Below, piece after piece: positions 37,092 through 45,961 of a DNA stretch of 64,000 bases (positions within the stretch are counted from its first letter, which is position 1; each line of letters opens with the position of its first letter). The DNA is from Candidatus Poriferisocius sp. (GTDB lineage: Bacteria; Actinomycetota; Acidimicrobiia; Acidimicrobiales; Bin134): assembly GCF_965208475.1 (NCBI RefSeq), contig NZ_OZ242338.1:630760-694759 (forward strand), in the 5' to 3' direction. Below the pieces are notes generated by a model. The model was not told the origin of the DNA. It did not search any database and saw only the letters and a list, made by a program, of their open reading frames with translations. The translations under genes were made by a program, and so were the position numbers.

Positions 37092-38369
37092 ATGGCCGAA
37101 TTTCGCCGGGCGCAGGTCGCCACTCTCATCGAGAGGCTGGCAGAGCAACCGAATGTCCTGATAGCGATTTTCGGCCCCCGCCAGAGCGGCAAGACGACGG
37201 CGGTGCGCCAAGCGCTTGCTTCTATCGACCAGGAATCCTGGTACGTGTCAATCGAACCGCAAATGGAGGCCTTGGAGCGCTCGCCGCCCGGAGAGAGCCT
37301 TCCGTCGTCGACAGGACAAACGGAGAGCGTGACCTCCGAGGCGCCTCAGGCTGATGAGCGGCAGCTCATCGAGGCCTGGGAGCACTGTCGCCAACAGGCC
37401 GAGCACTCGCCTGCCGGGTTCGTCCTCGTCTTGGATGAGGTTCAGCGGATCGACCGCTGGTCGAGCCTTGTCAAGAAACTCTGGGATGAAGACCGCTGGA
37501 ATGGCTGCCCTCTTCACGTGGTGCTCCTCGGTTCGGCTCCGCTCTTGATGCAGGCCGGTTTGACCGAGAGCCTGGCCGGGCGATTCGAACCCATCCGGTT
37601 CACCCACTGGTCATACTCGGAGATGTCAGCGGCATTCGACCTCAGCTTGGACGAGTACATCTACTTCGGCGGCTACCCCGGGGCCGCGGCCAGGATCGCC
37701 GAGACCAACCGTTGGTGCGACTACGTACGAAGCGCATTCATCGGACCCAACATTGAGCGCGACGTTCTTTCCATGGTCAGGGTGGACAAGCCGGAGTTGC
37801 TCAAGCGGCTGTTCGAACTCGGAGCGCGCTACTCGGGCCAGGAGGTGTCGTATACCAAGCTGATGGGCCACCTTCAAGAAGCAGGCAACACCACCACCCT
37901 CACGCGGTACCTCGACTTGCTGTCTCGCGTCGGCATGCTCGCGGGGCTGCCCAAACATGCCAACCGCCTGACATCGGCCAAATCCCCGACGCCCAAGCTC
38001 AACGTATTCAACACCGCACTGATGTCCGCGGTCTGCGGCCTCAGCTTCGACGAAGCCCAGGCTGATCGCACCTACTGGGGTCGACTGGTGGAGAGCAGCG
38101 TCGGTGCCCATCTCCTGAACGCCGCCTCGACGAGGACCGAGGTCAAGTATTGGCGAGACCAGAATTTCGAGGTCGACTTCGTTTTAGAGCGCGGATCCAA
38201 TCTCGTCGGCATCGAGGTCAAGAGCGGCCAAGCCTTTGCTGAAACCAGAGGTCTGACTGAGTTCCAACGCCGGTTCCAGCCCAAGAACGCCATCGTCGTC
38301 GGAGATGCCGGCGTGCCCCTCCACGAGTTCCTGTCTGTGCCCCCCGACCATTGGTTCGATTCGACATGA
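37092..38369 (+). CDS. AAA+ ATPase with C-terminal DUF4143 (PD-(D/E)xK-like) domain, COG1373 type
   Basis: Walker A IFGPRQSGKTT (~37171-37199) and Walker B FVLVLDEVQ. C-terminal FEVDFVLERGSNLVGIEVKSG, with D at 38175 and ExK at 38214-38222. The ORF-track alternative start is GTG 37062. Confidence 0.85.
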   Translation: MAEFRRAQVATLIERLAEQPNVLIAIFGPRQSGKTTAVRQALASIDQESWYVSIEPQMEALERSPPGESLPSSTGQTESVTSEAPQADERQLIEAWEHCRQQAEHSPAGFVLVLDEVQRIDRWSSLVKKLWDEDRWNGCPLHVVLLGSAPLLMQAGLTESLAGRFEPIRFTHWSYSEMSAAFDLSLDEYIYFGGYPGAAARIAETNRWCDYVRSAFIGPNIERDVLSMVRVDKPELLKRLFELGARYSGQEVSYTKLMGHLQEAGNTTTLTRYLDLLSRVGMLAGLPKHANRLTSAKSPTPKLNVFNTALMSAVCGLSFDEAQADRTYWGRLVESSVGAHLLNAASTRTEVKYWRDQNFEVDFVLERGSNLVGIEVKSGQAFAETRGLTEFQRRFQPKNAIVVGDAGVPLHEFLSVPPDHWFDST

Positions 38370-41300
38370 GCACCTACGTCGCCCGTACTTGCACCGAAGT
38401 GGGCCTGGCCGATTCGGCCGAAGCCTCACAACCGATCAGCACGTTCAGAGACAGAGACGCCTATGTGCTGCTCGGCGATCCCGGCTCAGGCAAAACCACC
38501 GAGTTCAAAGAGGAAGCTGAGCGCCTCGGCGAAGCCGCTGAGTATTTGAGCGCCAGGAAGTTCATCAGAGACCCACTGGAGGCGCATCCCGAGTGGCTGG
38601 GAAAGACCCTGTTTGTCGACGGACTCGATGAGAGGCGCGCTGGCACCACCGACTTGCGGACTCCTGTTGACCAGATCATCGGCAAACTGGGCCTGCTAAA
38701 GAGACCCAAATTCCGCATCTCCTGCCGCGAAGCAGACTGGCTCGGATTGAATGACCGCCAGAACCTGGAAGACGTTAGTCCTGACTCGCAGATCACTGTG
38801 CTTCGCCTTGACCCGTTGAGCGACGAAGTAGCAGCCGACCTTCTGCGGTCGCGTGGACTCGGCAACAGCAGGGCTGAGGAATTCATCGAAGAGGCCAGGG
38901 ATCAAGGACTAGGAGCGCTGCTGGGCAACCCGCTGACGCTAAAGCTGCTTGCCGATGCAGTTGACCTGGGCAACGCTTGGCCGAAGAGCCGGACGGACAC
39001 GTTTGAGTTGGCGTGCCAAAAGATGGCCGAAGAACAGAACCCGGAACACCTCGTTGGCGCTGGCTCTGTACAAACAGAGTCTGTTCTGGACGGCGCCGGG
39101 TACCTGTCTGCCTTGTACCTTTTGGCCGATGTAGCAGGCTTTTCGTCGGTCCCTATCGCCGAACTCGACCCTTGTGTGCATCTCGACAGACTCAGCGGCC
39201 CCCCTGCTCCACTGACCCGGGAATGCTTGGAGCGAGCGCTCAAGACGACGATGTTCACTGGTGGGGATGGACAGTGCCTCAGCCCACTCCACCGTCACGT
39301 TGCTGAGTACTTGGCAGGCCGGCATCTGGCCAAGCTCGTCACCGACGGACTGCCAGCTTCAAGGGTGGTGGCGCTGATGACCAGCCCCAGTGATGGCCGA
39401 GTGGTAACCCCGCTGAGGGGTCTGTCCGCTTGGCTCGCGGCCCACTCCCCCGGCGCACGCCAATTGCTCATCGACGCCGATCCCGTGGGTGTCGGCCTCT
39501 ACGGGGACATTGGGATTTTCTCCACTGGCGAGAGAGAGTCCCTGCTGGAGTCACTGGCTACCTTCGCCGCGCAAGGGTCCCTGTTCGGTCACGAAGGGCG
39601 AGACGGAAGAGTCGAGGGATTTGGGGACAACACTGCTTCGGCTTTCCGGTCGTTGGCCTCAGCCGACATGGCTAACTCCATTGGCGAGCTCATCAGTGGC
39701 CTAGAGTCTGGGTACCAACAAGACCGCATCATGGAATTCATCCTGCGGGTGCTCTCGGAGGCTGATGGCCCGGAATTGCCGTTTCTGGCTGATCTGGAGC
39801 CCGTCCTAATGGCGATCCTGAGAAATCCCACATGGCCGCCACACGTCAGGGAATCCGCCCTGAAGGCTTATCTCCGCATCACTCCCGAAGGAGATGCCAA
39901 GGCAGATGTCCTACTTGGCCTTCTTGAAGAAGTCCACAATCGACAGATATCAGACCCAGATGACGGCCTTCGGGGTTACCTGCTACGGCATCTCTACCCC
40001 ACCTGGGTACCCCCTTCTGAAGTATGGAGGTACGTCACACCCCGAAATCGGCCTAACTACTTCGGCTACTTCGCCCGATTTTGGCGCTTCGACCTCTTGG
40101 AGCAGTCCTCCGACCGCCACATCGCCGAATTGCTTGGTTCCTTTTGCGAAAACAGTTCTCAACTGTTGGCTGCGTTGGAGCGGTCCCGTTTCGAGGATCT
40201 TTGCTTCTTGCTGCTGGACCGGGGCCTGGAGACGTGGGGTGATGGTCTTGACTCCTCGCAACTCTACGACTGGCTTTACGCCCCAAGGCGCTCTCAGAGA
40301 CTGCGAGCTGTTGGCGAGGAGGCGGTTCAGCGGATAAGGACTTGGTTGGAGGCTCGCCCTCAAGTCCAGAAGTCGGTCTTCTTGACTTGGATAAAGCGAC
40401 ATGAGTCAAACGAGCGCTTCGAAATCTACGAATACTGGAACTGCAATGCCCTGCATCGGAGCAAGCCTCCTGCCGATTTTGGGGTGTGGTGCTTGGAGAA
40501 GGCGGTGGAGCTCGTTGATGCTGAACCGCTTGCGGCCCAAGAACTTCTCAGGCAGTCTTACCGTTCGTTGGATGATCCATCGATCAGCGAGGGTCTGACA
40601 CTTGAATTCTTGGATGGCCGAACCAAAGAATTCGACATCTTGGCAGACCGATTCGACCAGCTTTGCAATCCGCCACCACCAGTCGACGAGGCCAGCGAGT
40701 GGAAGCGCGAACTAGATGATCGGTTGGCCGAGCACGGCGCTGAGAAGCGCCAACAGGTAGCAGATTGGCAAGCTCACCTGCGCTCCATCGAAGTCGAATT
40801 GCGCGAGAACCGGGCCGCCCCACGCATCCTGGACACTTTGGCCAAGGTCTATTTCGCCCTGTTCATCAATGTTGAAGAGCGAGCGTTGCCTCAGGAACGC
40901 ATAAGCAAGTTTGTCGGCGGCGATGCCTCGCTAGTGGTTGCTGTCCTAGAGGCACTTCGGACGGCGGTGTTCAGGGAAGACTTGCCCGACGTCGACAGGA
41001 CAATCTCGCTTCACTCCGAGTCCCGGCACCACTATCTGGCCTTTCCCGTTCTTGCCAGCATGGATCTGTTTCAAGCCGACGGTCCACCTCGCCTAGAAGC
41101 CCTCAGCGATGCCCAAAAGCGTAAGGCCTTGGCCATCCGCTACTGCGTAGCTGATACGTCCAGACAGCAGGCTACTAGCCAGTGCCACGACGTCTGGCTG
41201 CACCAGAGTCCCGATCTGGTTCTCGATGTTCTCTACGAATGCGCCGTCGCGACGCTGAGAGCGGGAGAGGTCTACCCGTCCGGCCTTGTGGACCTCGACA

Positions 41301-42520
41301 GAGTTGCCGGTCTGGACAGCCGAGTCCACAGCATAAGGATCAGATTGCTGAGAGCGCTTTCGGTTCGAGCCCATAGCAAACAGCATCCCTTGCTTGATCA
41401 GCTGTTGGGACAAGCACTGCTACACCCTGACACCGCCGCGCTGTCCGCACTGGTCGACAAAAAGCTCGGTGCCAAGAGCACAACCGAAGCCCAGCGGGTC
41501 CGTTGGCTAACAGTGGGTGCCTTGCTTTCTCCTGAGGAGCACCGACAGCCACTTCGAGAATTCGTAGGTGACGACTACGACCGAACCAGACACCTGGCTG
41601 AGTTCTTGCGTGGTGCCTCTGAAGATTACCGTCCTGGCTCCTCGGTCATGGGCCAGTGCTCTGAACCGTCCTTGCTGCAAGACGTCATCGAAATGCTGGG
41701 CCGGCTATATCCCCCGCTCATGGTGAACGGGTTCGTAACCCTGGAAATGGACGCATCCGATCGCATAGCAAGTTTGATCTCGTTGCTGGGGTCCATGCCG
41801 GGCAACGAGGCCCAACAGGCATTGAGCATCCTGGTGGACAATCCCCAGCTAGCGGCGTGGCACAACCTCCTTCGGCGAACAATGGAATGCCAAAGAACTC
41901 TCCTGGGAGATGCCTCCTACGTTCATCCCAGCATCGAGCAGGTGCAGCACACTCTCAGCAACGGCCTGCCTGCAAACGCGGCTGATCTGGCCGCACTGGT
42001 TAGGGAGCATCTCTGCAAAATTGCCATTAAATTGCGAGGCGATAACAGCAATCTATGGCGTCAGTTCTGGAACGAAGATCCCCACGGCTATCCGACGAGA
42101 TCGAAATCAGAAGAATCCTGCCGAGATGCAATCCTCACAGTATTGGGGGTACTACTTCCTTCCGGTGTCAGGGCCGAGCCAGAGCGAAACTACGCCGCGA
42201 GCAAACGTGCTGACATCACCGTGACCTGTGGCGATCTCAACATTCCCATCGAACTCAAGAAGGACGACAGCAACCGGCTGTGGAGCGGACTTCGGGATCA
42301 GCTCATCGACCAGTACACCACCGATCCGGCAACTGACGGGCACGGCATCTATGTGCCGTTATGGTTCGGCCGTGAAGACCGCAAACCCACTCCTCCCTCC
42401 CAAGGCCGCCGCCCTACAACTGCCGCGGAGCTAGAGAAACGGCTCGAACAAGTCCTCACCGCCGATGAAGCCCGCAAGATCTCCGTCCTCGTCCTCGATG
42501 TCACCAAGCCCGGCGATTAA
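38366..42520 (+). CDS. NACHT-like STAND NTPase (1384 aa) with long helical-repeat region and C-terminal PD-(D/E)xK nuclease-like domain
   Basis: Walker A LLGDPGSGKTT (38474-38500), Walker B TLFVDGLDE (~38609-38632), ISCR and GNPLTLKLL, all NACHT-type motifs. About 950 aa of helical, Leu-rich sequence follows. The C-terminus has SEESCRDAIL...KRADITVTCGDLNIPIELKKD, an E...D...ExK pattern. ATG 38366 overlaps the upstream stop as ATGA. Confidence 0.75.
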   Translation: MSTYVARTCTEVGLADSAEASQPISTFRDRDAYVLLGDPGSGKTTEFKEEAERLGEAAEYLSARKFIRDPLEAHPEWLGKTLFVDGLDERRAGTTDLRTPVDQIIGKLGLLKRPKFRISCREADWLGLNDRQNLEDVSPDSQITVLRLDPLSDEVAADLLRSRGLGNSRAEEFIEEARDQGLGALLGNPLTLKLLADAVDLGNAWPKSRTDTFELACQKMAEEQNPEHLVGAGSVQTESVLDGAGYLSALYLLADVAGFSSVPIAELDPCVHLDRLSGPPAPLTRECLERALKTTMFTGGDGQCLSPLHRHVAEYLAGRHLAKLVTDGLPASRVVALMTSPSDGRVVTPLRGLSAWLAAHSPGARQLLIDADPVGVGLYGDIGIFSTGERESLLESLATFAAQGSLFGHEGRDGRVEGFGDNTASAFRSLASADMANSIGELISGLESGYQQDRIMEFILRVLSEADGPELPFLADLEPVLMAILRNPTWPPHVRESALKAYLRITPEGDAKADVLLGLLEEVHNRQISDPDDGLRGYLLRHLYPTWVPPSEVWRYVTPRNRPNYFGYFARFWRFDLLEQSSDRHIAELLGSFCENSSQLLAALERSRFEDLCFLLLDRGLETWGDGLDSSQLYDWLYAPRRSQRLRAVGEEAVQRIRTWLEARPQVQKSVFLTWIKRHESNERFEIYEYWNCNALHRSKPPADFGVWCLEKAVELVDAEPLAAQELLRQSYRSLDDPSISEGLTLEFLDGRTKEFDILADRFDQLCNPPPPVDEASEWKRELDDRLAEHGAEKRQQVADWQAHLRSIEVELRENRAAPRILDTLAKVYFALFINVEERALPQERISKFVGGDASLVVAVLEALRTAVFREDLPDVDRTISLHSESRHHYLAFPVLASMDLFQADGPPRLEALSDAQKRKALAIRYCVADTSRQQATSQCHDVWLHQSPDLVLDVLYECAVATLRAGEVYPSGLVDLDRVAGLDSRVHSIRIRLLRALSVRAHSKQHPLLDQLLGQALLHPDTAALSALVDKKLGAKSTTEAQRVRWLTVGALLSPEEHRQPLREFVGDDYDRTRHLAEFLRGASEDYRPGSSVMGQCSEPSLLQDVIEMLGRLYPPLMVNGFVTLEMDASDRIASLISLLGSMPGNEAQQALSILVDNPQLAAWHNLLRRTMECQRTLLGDASYVHPSIEQVQHTLSNGLPANAADLAALVREHLCKIAIKLRGDNSNLWRQFWNEDPHGYPTRSKSEESCRDAILTVLGVLLPSGVRAEPERNYAASKRADITVTCGDLNIPIELKKDDSNRLWSGLRDQLIDQYTTDPATDGHGIYVPLWFGREDRKPTPPSQGRRPTTAAELEKRLEQVLTADEARKISVLVLDVTKPGD

Positions 42521-42529
42521 TCAGATTTC

Positions 42530-42748
42530 TCAAAACAGCAGGGCGATGCCTTGGATGGCGCGCCAGCCCAGGTAGATGGCGGCGGCGGCTAGGGCCACCC
42601 AGAAGTGCCAGGGGACTTTTTGGCGGGCGTGGGTGTCTTGGCCAGTAGGGGCTTTCACCGCTTCGCCGCAGGTCGGGCAGGCACCGTCGGCGGTTATCGA
42701 GCCGGGATTCCAGAAGCGGTCGCAGGGCTCGCACCAGGGCACGGCCAT
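42530..42748 (-). CDS. small zinc-ribbon protein with C-terminal TM helix
   Basis: 72 aa. CEPC...CPTC, then WHFWVALAAAAIYLGWRAIQGIALLF. GC content is like the core genome. Confidence 0.55.
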   Translation of the reverse strand: MAVPWCEPCDRFWNPGSITADGACPTCGEAVKAPTGQDTHARQKVPWHFWVALAAAAIYLGWRAIQGIALLF

Positions 42749-42996
42749 AGCTTGCCACCGCGAGGTGCCGAGGTCGTCGCCGTCGGCCGGGTACCCCGGG
42801 CGTTGCGGAAAGATGAGGGTTTTGCCGGAGGCGGTGGTAGCCTGTGCCTACTTGGCCGAAGATTTCTGCCAAGCGGGCCGCCTCCGAGTCTCTCTTCCGA
42901 TACCGGGCAAGCTGCCCGAAGATGGGTTGCGCCCCGCTAACGACTTCCGGCGCCAACCATTGCCTGAGTGCCCGCAACAGGCGGGCGAGGAGCCCC

Positions 42997-44319
42997 ATGC
43001 CCCCCACATTCGCCCAGTTGGGCGTGCCCGAATCCATCTGCCGCGCGCTGGAGCGCAGCGGCATCCACAAGCCGTTCGAGATCCAATCCGCCGTCATCGC
43101 CGACGCCATGGAAGGCCGCGACATCTGCGGTCGAGCCCCCACCGGGTCGGGCAAGACGCTCGCCTTCGGCATCCCGCTTATCGCCAACGTCGGCCAAGCC
43201 CGGCCCCGGCGGCCGCGGGCGCTGATCCTGTCTCCCACCCGCGAGCTCGCCGAGCAGATCGCATCAGAGCTGCGCTCGATCTCCGGTCCGGTCACCGTGG
43301 CCGCGGTGTACGGGGGCGTTGGCTACACCAATCAGCGCAAGCAGCTTCAGCGGGGGGTCGACATCTTGGTGGCCTGCCCCGGCCGGCTTGAAGACTTGAT
43401 CGATCAACAGTCGGTGAGCCTCCACGAGGCCGACCAGGTGGTTATCGACGAGGCCGACCGGATGGCCGACATGGGGTTTCTCCCCGCAGTTCGCCGCATC
43501 CTCGACCAAACCGCAGCCCAGCGCCAGACGGTCATGTTCTCAGCCACCCTCGACGATGATGTGGCCAAGCTCACCCGCCACTACCAGGATCGCCCGATCA
43601 CCCATGAGGTGGGCGACGCCACGCCCGACATCCTCTCAGCCGATCACCGGTTCTGGACGGTGGAGAAGTCCGAGAGGGTCGCCGCGTGCGTCGATGTGAT
43701 CGCAGCCGCGGGGTCGGCGATCGTGTTCTGCCGGACCCGCCACGGATCCGATCGGCTGGCTCGCCAACTCTCCCAGCGCGGGGTTAACGCCGCCGCCATC
43801 CACGGCGGCCACGCGCAGAATCGCCGCACACGAACGCTCAAGGAGTTCACCGACGGCCGGGTCGAAGCCCTCGTCGCCACCGACGTCGCCGCTCGGGGGA
43901 TCCACGTGGACTCGGTGGCATGCGTCATCCACTTCGACCCACCGGAGGACCACAAGGCGTATCTGCACCGTTCGGGTCGCACCGCCCGCGCCGGCCAAAC
44001 CGGGCTGGTGGTGTCGCTGGTCCAAACCGGCCAGCACGCCGACGCCCAGAAGATCCAACGACAGCTCGGCCTGAACCAGCCCATCACCAGTCCCGATTCC
44101 ATCGACGGGAACACCGCGCCGCCCCGTCGTCGCAGGCCATCGCAGCCTCCCGCAGCCGACCGCGCCGACAGGAAGCCGAACGGCAGCCATCAAGCGCGCC
44201 ACGACCGGCCCGACCGACAAACCAACAACCGCGGCGGAAAGAAATCCAACCGCAAGCCGCAGGGCCGGAATCAACATCGATCCCGGCGCAAGCCCCGAAG
44301 CGGCGCCTCCTCCCGATAG
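42997..44319 (+). CDS. DEAD-box ATP-dependent RNA helicase with basic C-terminal tail
   Basis: Q-motif FAQLGV...PFEIQ, APTGSGKT, PTRELA, DEAD (VIDEADRM), SAT and HRSGRTARAG. ATG 42997 has GAGGAG upstream. The ORF-track start at 42844 adds an unlikely leader. Confidence 0.9.
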   Translation: MPPTFAQLGVPESICRALERSGIHKPFEIQSAVIADAMEGRDICGRAPTGSGKTLAFGIPLIANVGQARPRRPRALILSPTRELAEQIASELRSISGPVTVAAVYGGVGYTNQRKQLQRGVDILVACPGRLEDLIDQQSVSLHEADQVVIDEADRMADMGFLPAVRRILDQTAAQRQTVMFSATLDDDVAKLTRHYQDRPITHEVGDATPDILSADHRFWTVEKSERVAACVDVIAAAGSAIVFCRTRHGSDRLARQLSQRGVNAAAIHGGHAQNRRTRTLKEFTDGRVEALVATDVAARGIHVDSVACVIHFDPPEDHKAYLHRSGRTARAGQTGLVVSLVQTGQHADAQKIQRQLGLNQPITSPDSIDGNTAPPRRRRPSQPPAADRADRKPNGSHQARHDRPDRQTNNRGGKKSNRKPQGRNQHRSRRKPRSGASSR

Positions 44320-44419
44320 CGGAACCGAATCGGAACCGACCTATTGGCGACCACGCCCAAAGGGGCGTTAGCGTGTTGTTTTCCAGCAATTGCTTGCTTA
44401 TTCGGAGGGAATCCCAGAA

Positions 44420-45799
44420 ATGAAACTCAAACCAAGACTGCTCGCGCTGTTCGCCGTGCTGTTCGCTATGGCCCTGGTAGCCGCAGCGTGCGGCAACGAC
44501 GACGATGCTCCGGCTGCTTCCACGCCTGCTCCCACCGCGGCTCCCGCGGAAGAGCCCGAAGAAGAGCCGATGCCCACCGAAGAGGCGCCTGAAGAGGAGA
44601 TGAGCCTGGCCGGCACCGTGGTCAACATCCTCGGCCCGGAAACCGGCCCAGAGGCCGAGGGCTTCTTGGCCGGCTTCGAGCCGTTCGAGGCCCGCACCGG
44701 CATCAGCGTGGAGTACTCCGGCACTCGCGACGCCACCACCGAGCTGAACCTGTCCCTGGAGGGCGGCAACCCGCCCGACATCGTGATCATCCCCCAGCCG
44801 GGGCGGATCATCCAGTTCGGGGAATCGGGCGACGCCGTGGCACTGCCCCCGTCGCTGCTCGACAACATCAGCGGCGCCTACGACCCGTTCTGGTTCGACC
44901 TGGCCACCACCGGCGGACAGGTGTACGGCGTTCCCAACAAGGGCGATGTGAAGAGCCTGGTGTGGTACAGCCCGCCGCTGTTCGCCGAGAACGGCTACGA
45001 GATCCCCTCGACGTGGGCCGAGCTTGAGGCGCTGACCGAGCAGATCAAAGCCGACGGCCTGGCCCCCTGGTGCATCGGCATCGGGTCGGGCGACGCCACC
45101 GGCTGGGTGTTCACCGACTGGATGGAGGACATGATGCTCCGCCTCCAGGGTCCGGATGTCTATGACCAATGGGTGTCCCACGAGATCCCGTTCAATGATC
45201 CTCGAGTGGTCGAAGTGGCCGAGTTCGTGGGCGACATCTGGTTCGAAGAGGGCAACGTGCTCGGAGGACGCGACCTGATCGCGGCCACCGGCTTCAAGGA
45301 GTCCTCCTTGCCGATCGCCGACGGCGACTGCGTGCTGCACCGCCAGGCAAGCTTCGCCGGAGCCTTCTACACCGAAATCGGCGCTTCGCTCGGCCCCAAC
45401 GGTGACATCAACGTGTTCTACCTGCCGACGGTCAGCGATGAGTTCGGCACCGTCGTGCTCGGTGCGGGCACCCACGCGGTGGCTTTCACCGACAAGCCCG
45501 AGACCCTGGCAGTAATGGAGTACATCGGCACCGCCGAATACGCCAACGCCCGGATCAGCGCTGACAAGGGCGGGTTCTTGTCGCCCAACCGCGAGCACGA
45601 CACCTCGCTGTACAGCTCGGACTTCGACCGCGGTCTGGCCAACATCTTGGTGAGCGCCAATCCCTTCCGGTTCGACGCTTCCGACCTCATGCCCGGTGAA
45701 GTCGGCGCCGGTGAGTTCTGGCGCTCCGGCACCGACTACGTGTCGGGATCCAAGACCGCCCAGGAGTTCGCCGACGACACTGAGAACGCCTGGCCATAG
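44420..45799 (+). CDS. ABC sugar transporter substrate-binding lipoprotein (family 1 / CUT1)
   Basis: MKLKPRLLALFAVLFAMALVAAAC lipobox with GGAGGGA upstream, followed by a typical ~420-aa solute-binding domain. Confidence 0.9.
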   Translation: MKLKPRLLALFAVLFAMALVAAACGNDDDAPAASTPAPTAAPAEEPEEEPMPTEEAPEEEMSLAGTVVNILGPETGPEAEGFLAGFEPFEARTGISVEYSGTRDATTELNLSLEGGNPPDIVIIPQPGRIIQFGESGDAVALPPSLLDNISGAYDPFWFDLATTGGQVYGVPNKGDVKSLVWYSPPLFAENGYEIPSTWAELEALTEQIKADGLAPWCIGIGSGDATGWVFTDWMEDMMLRLQGPDVYDQWVSHEIPFNDPRVVEVAEFVGDIWFEEGNVLGGRDLIAATGFKESSLPIADGDCVLHRQASFAGAFYTEIGASLGPNGDINVFYLPTVSDEFGTVVLGAGTHAVAFTDKPETLAVMEYIGTAEYANARISADKGGFLSPNREHDTSLYSSDFDRGLANILVSANPFRFDASDLMPGEVGAGEFWRSGTDYVSGSKTAQEFADDTENAWP

Positions 45800-45845
45800 C
45801 CTCAGGCAAACGCATCAGCCCCTAGCGGCTGACCAACTCCGACCG

Positions 45846-45876
45846 TGGCCGGGGGCGACCTATTCGCCCCCGGCCA
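45846..45876 (+). terminator. GC-rich hairpin after the binding-protein gene (possible terminator/attenuator, no U tract)
   Basis: TGGCCGGGGG (45846-55), 11-nt loop, CCCCCGGCCA (45867-76). Confidence 0.3.
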
Positions 45877-45930
45877 TGTCGCGCCCACGCGGCGTCATTT
45901 GACCCCCGGCCATGTCGCGCCCACGCGGCG
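45867..45930. repeat. 28-bp perfect direct repeat x2 in the sugar-operon intergenic region
   Basis: cccccggccatgtcgcgcccacgcggcg occurs at 45867-45894 and again at 45903-45930. Confidence 0.8.
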
Positions 45931-45961
45931 GTGCTGGTCAACCGCCTAGGGTGTAGAAACC

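Noticed and set aside
36990-42529. Calling the tRNA-adjacent island an integrative element or prophage remnant
   Set aside because: I found no integrase, recombinase or phage genes, and no copy of the tRNA 3' end near 42520-43000 that could serve as attR. Only composition and position support horizontal origin.
42749-42996. 248-bp region upstream of the DEAD-box helicase as a hidden gene or ncRNA
   Set aside because: No convincing ORF or structured motif stood out. It is most simply a long 5' UTR or promoter region, as is common for cold-shock-type helicases. Nothing checkable was seen by eye.
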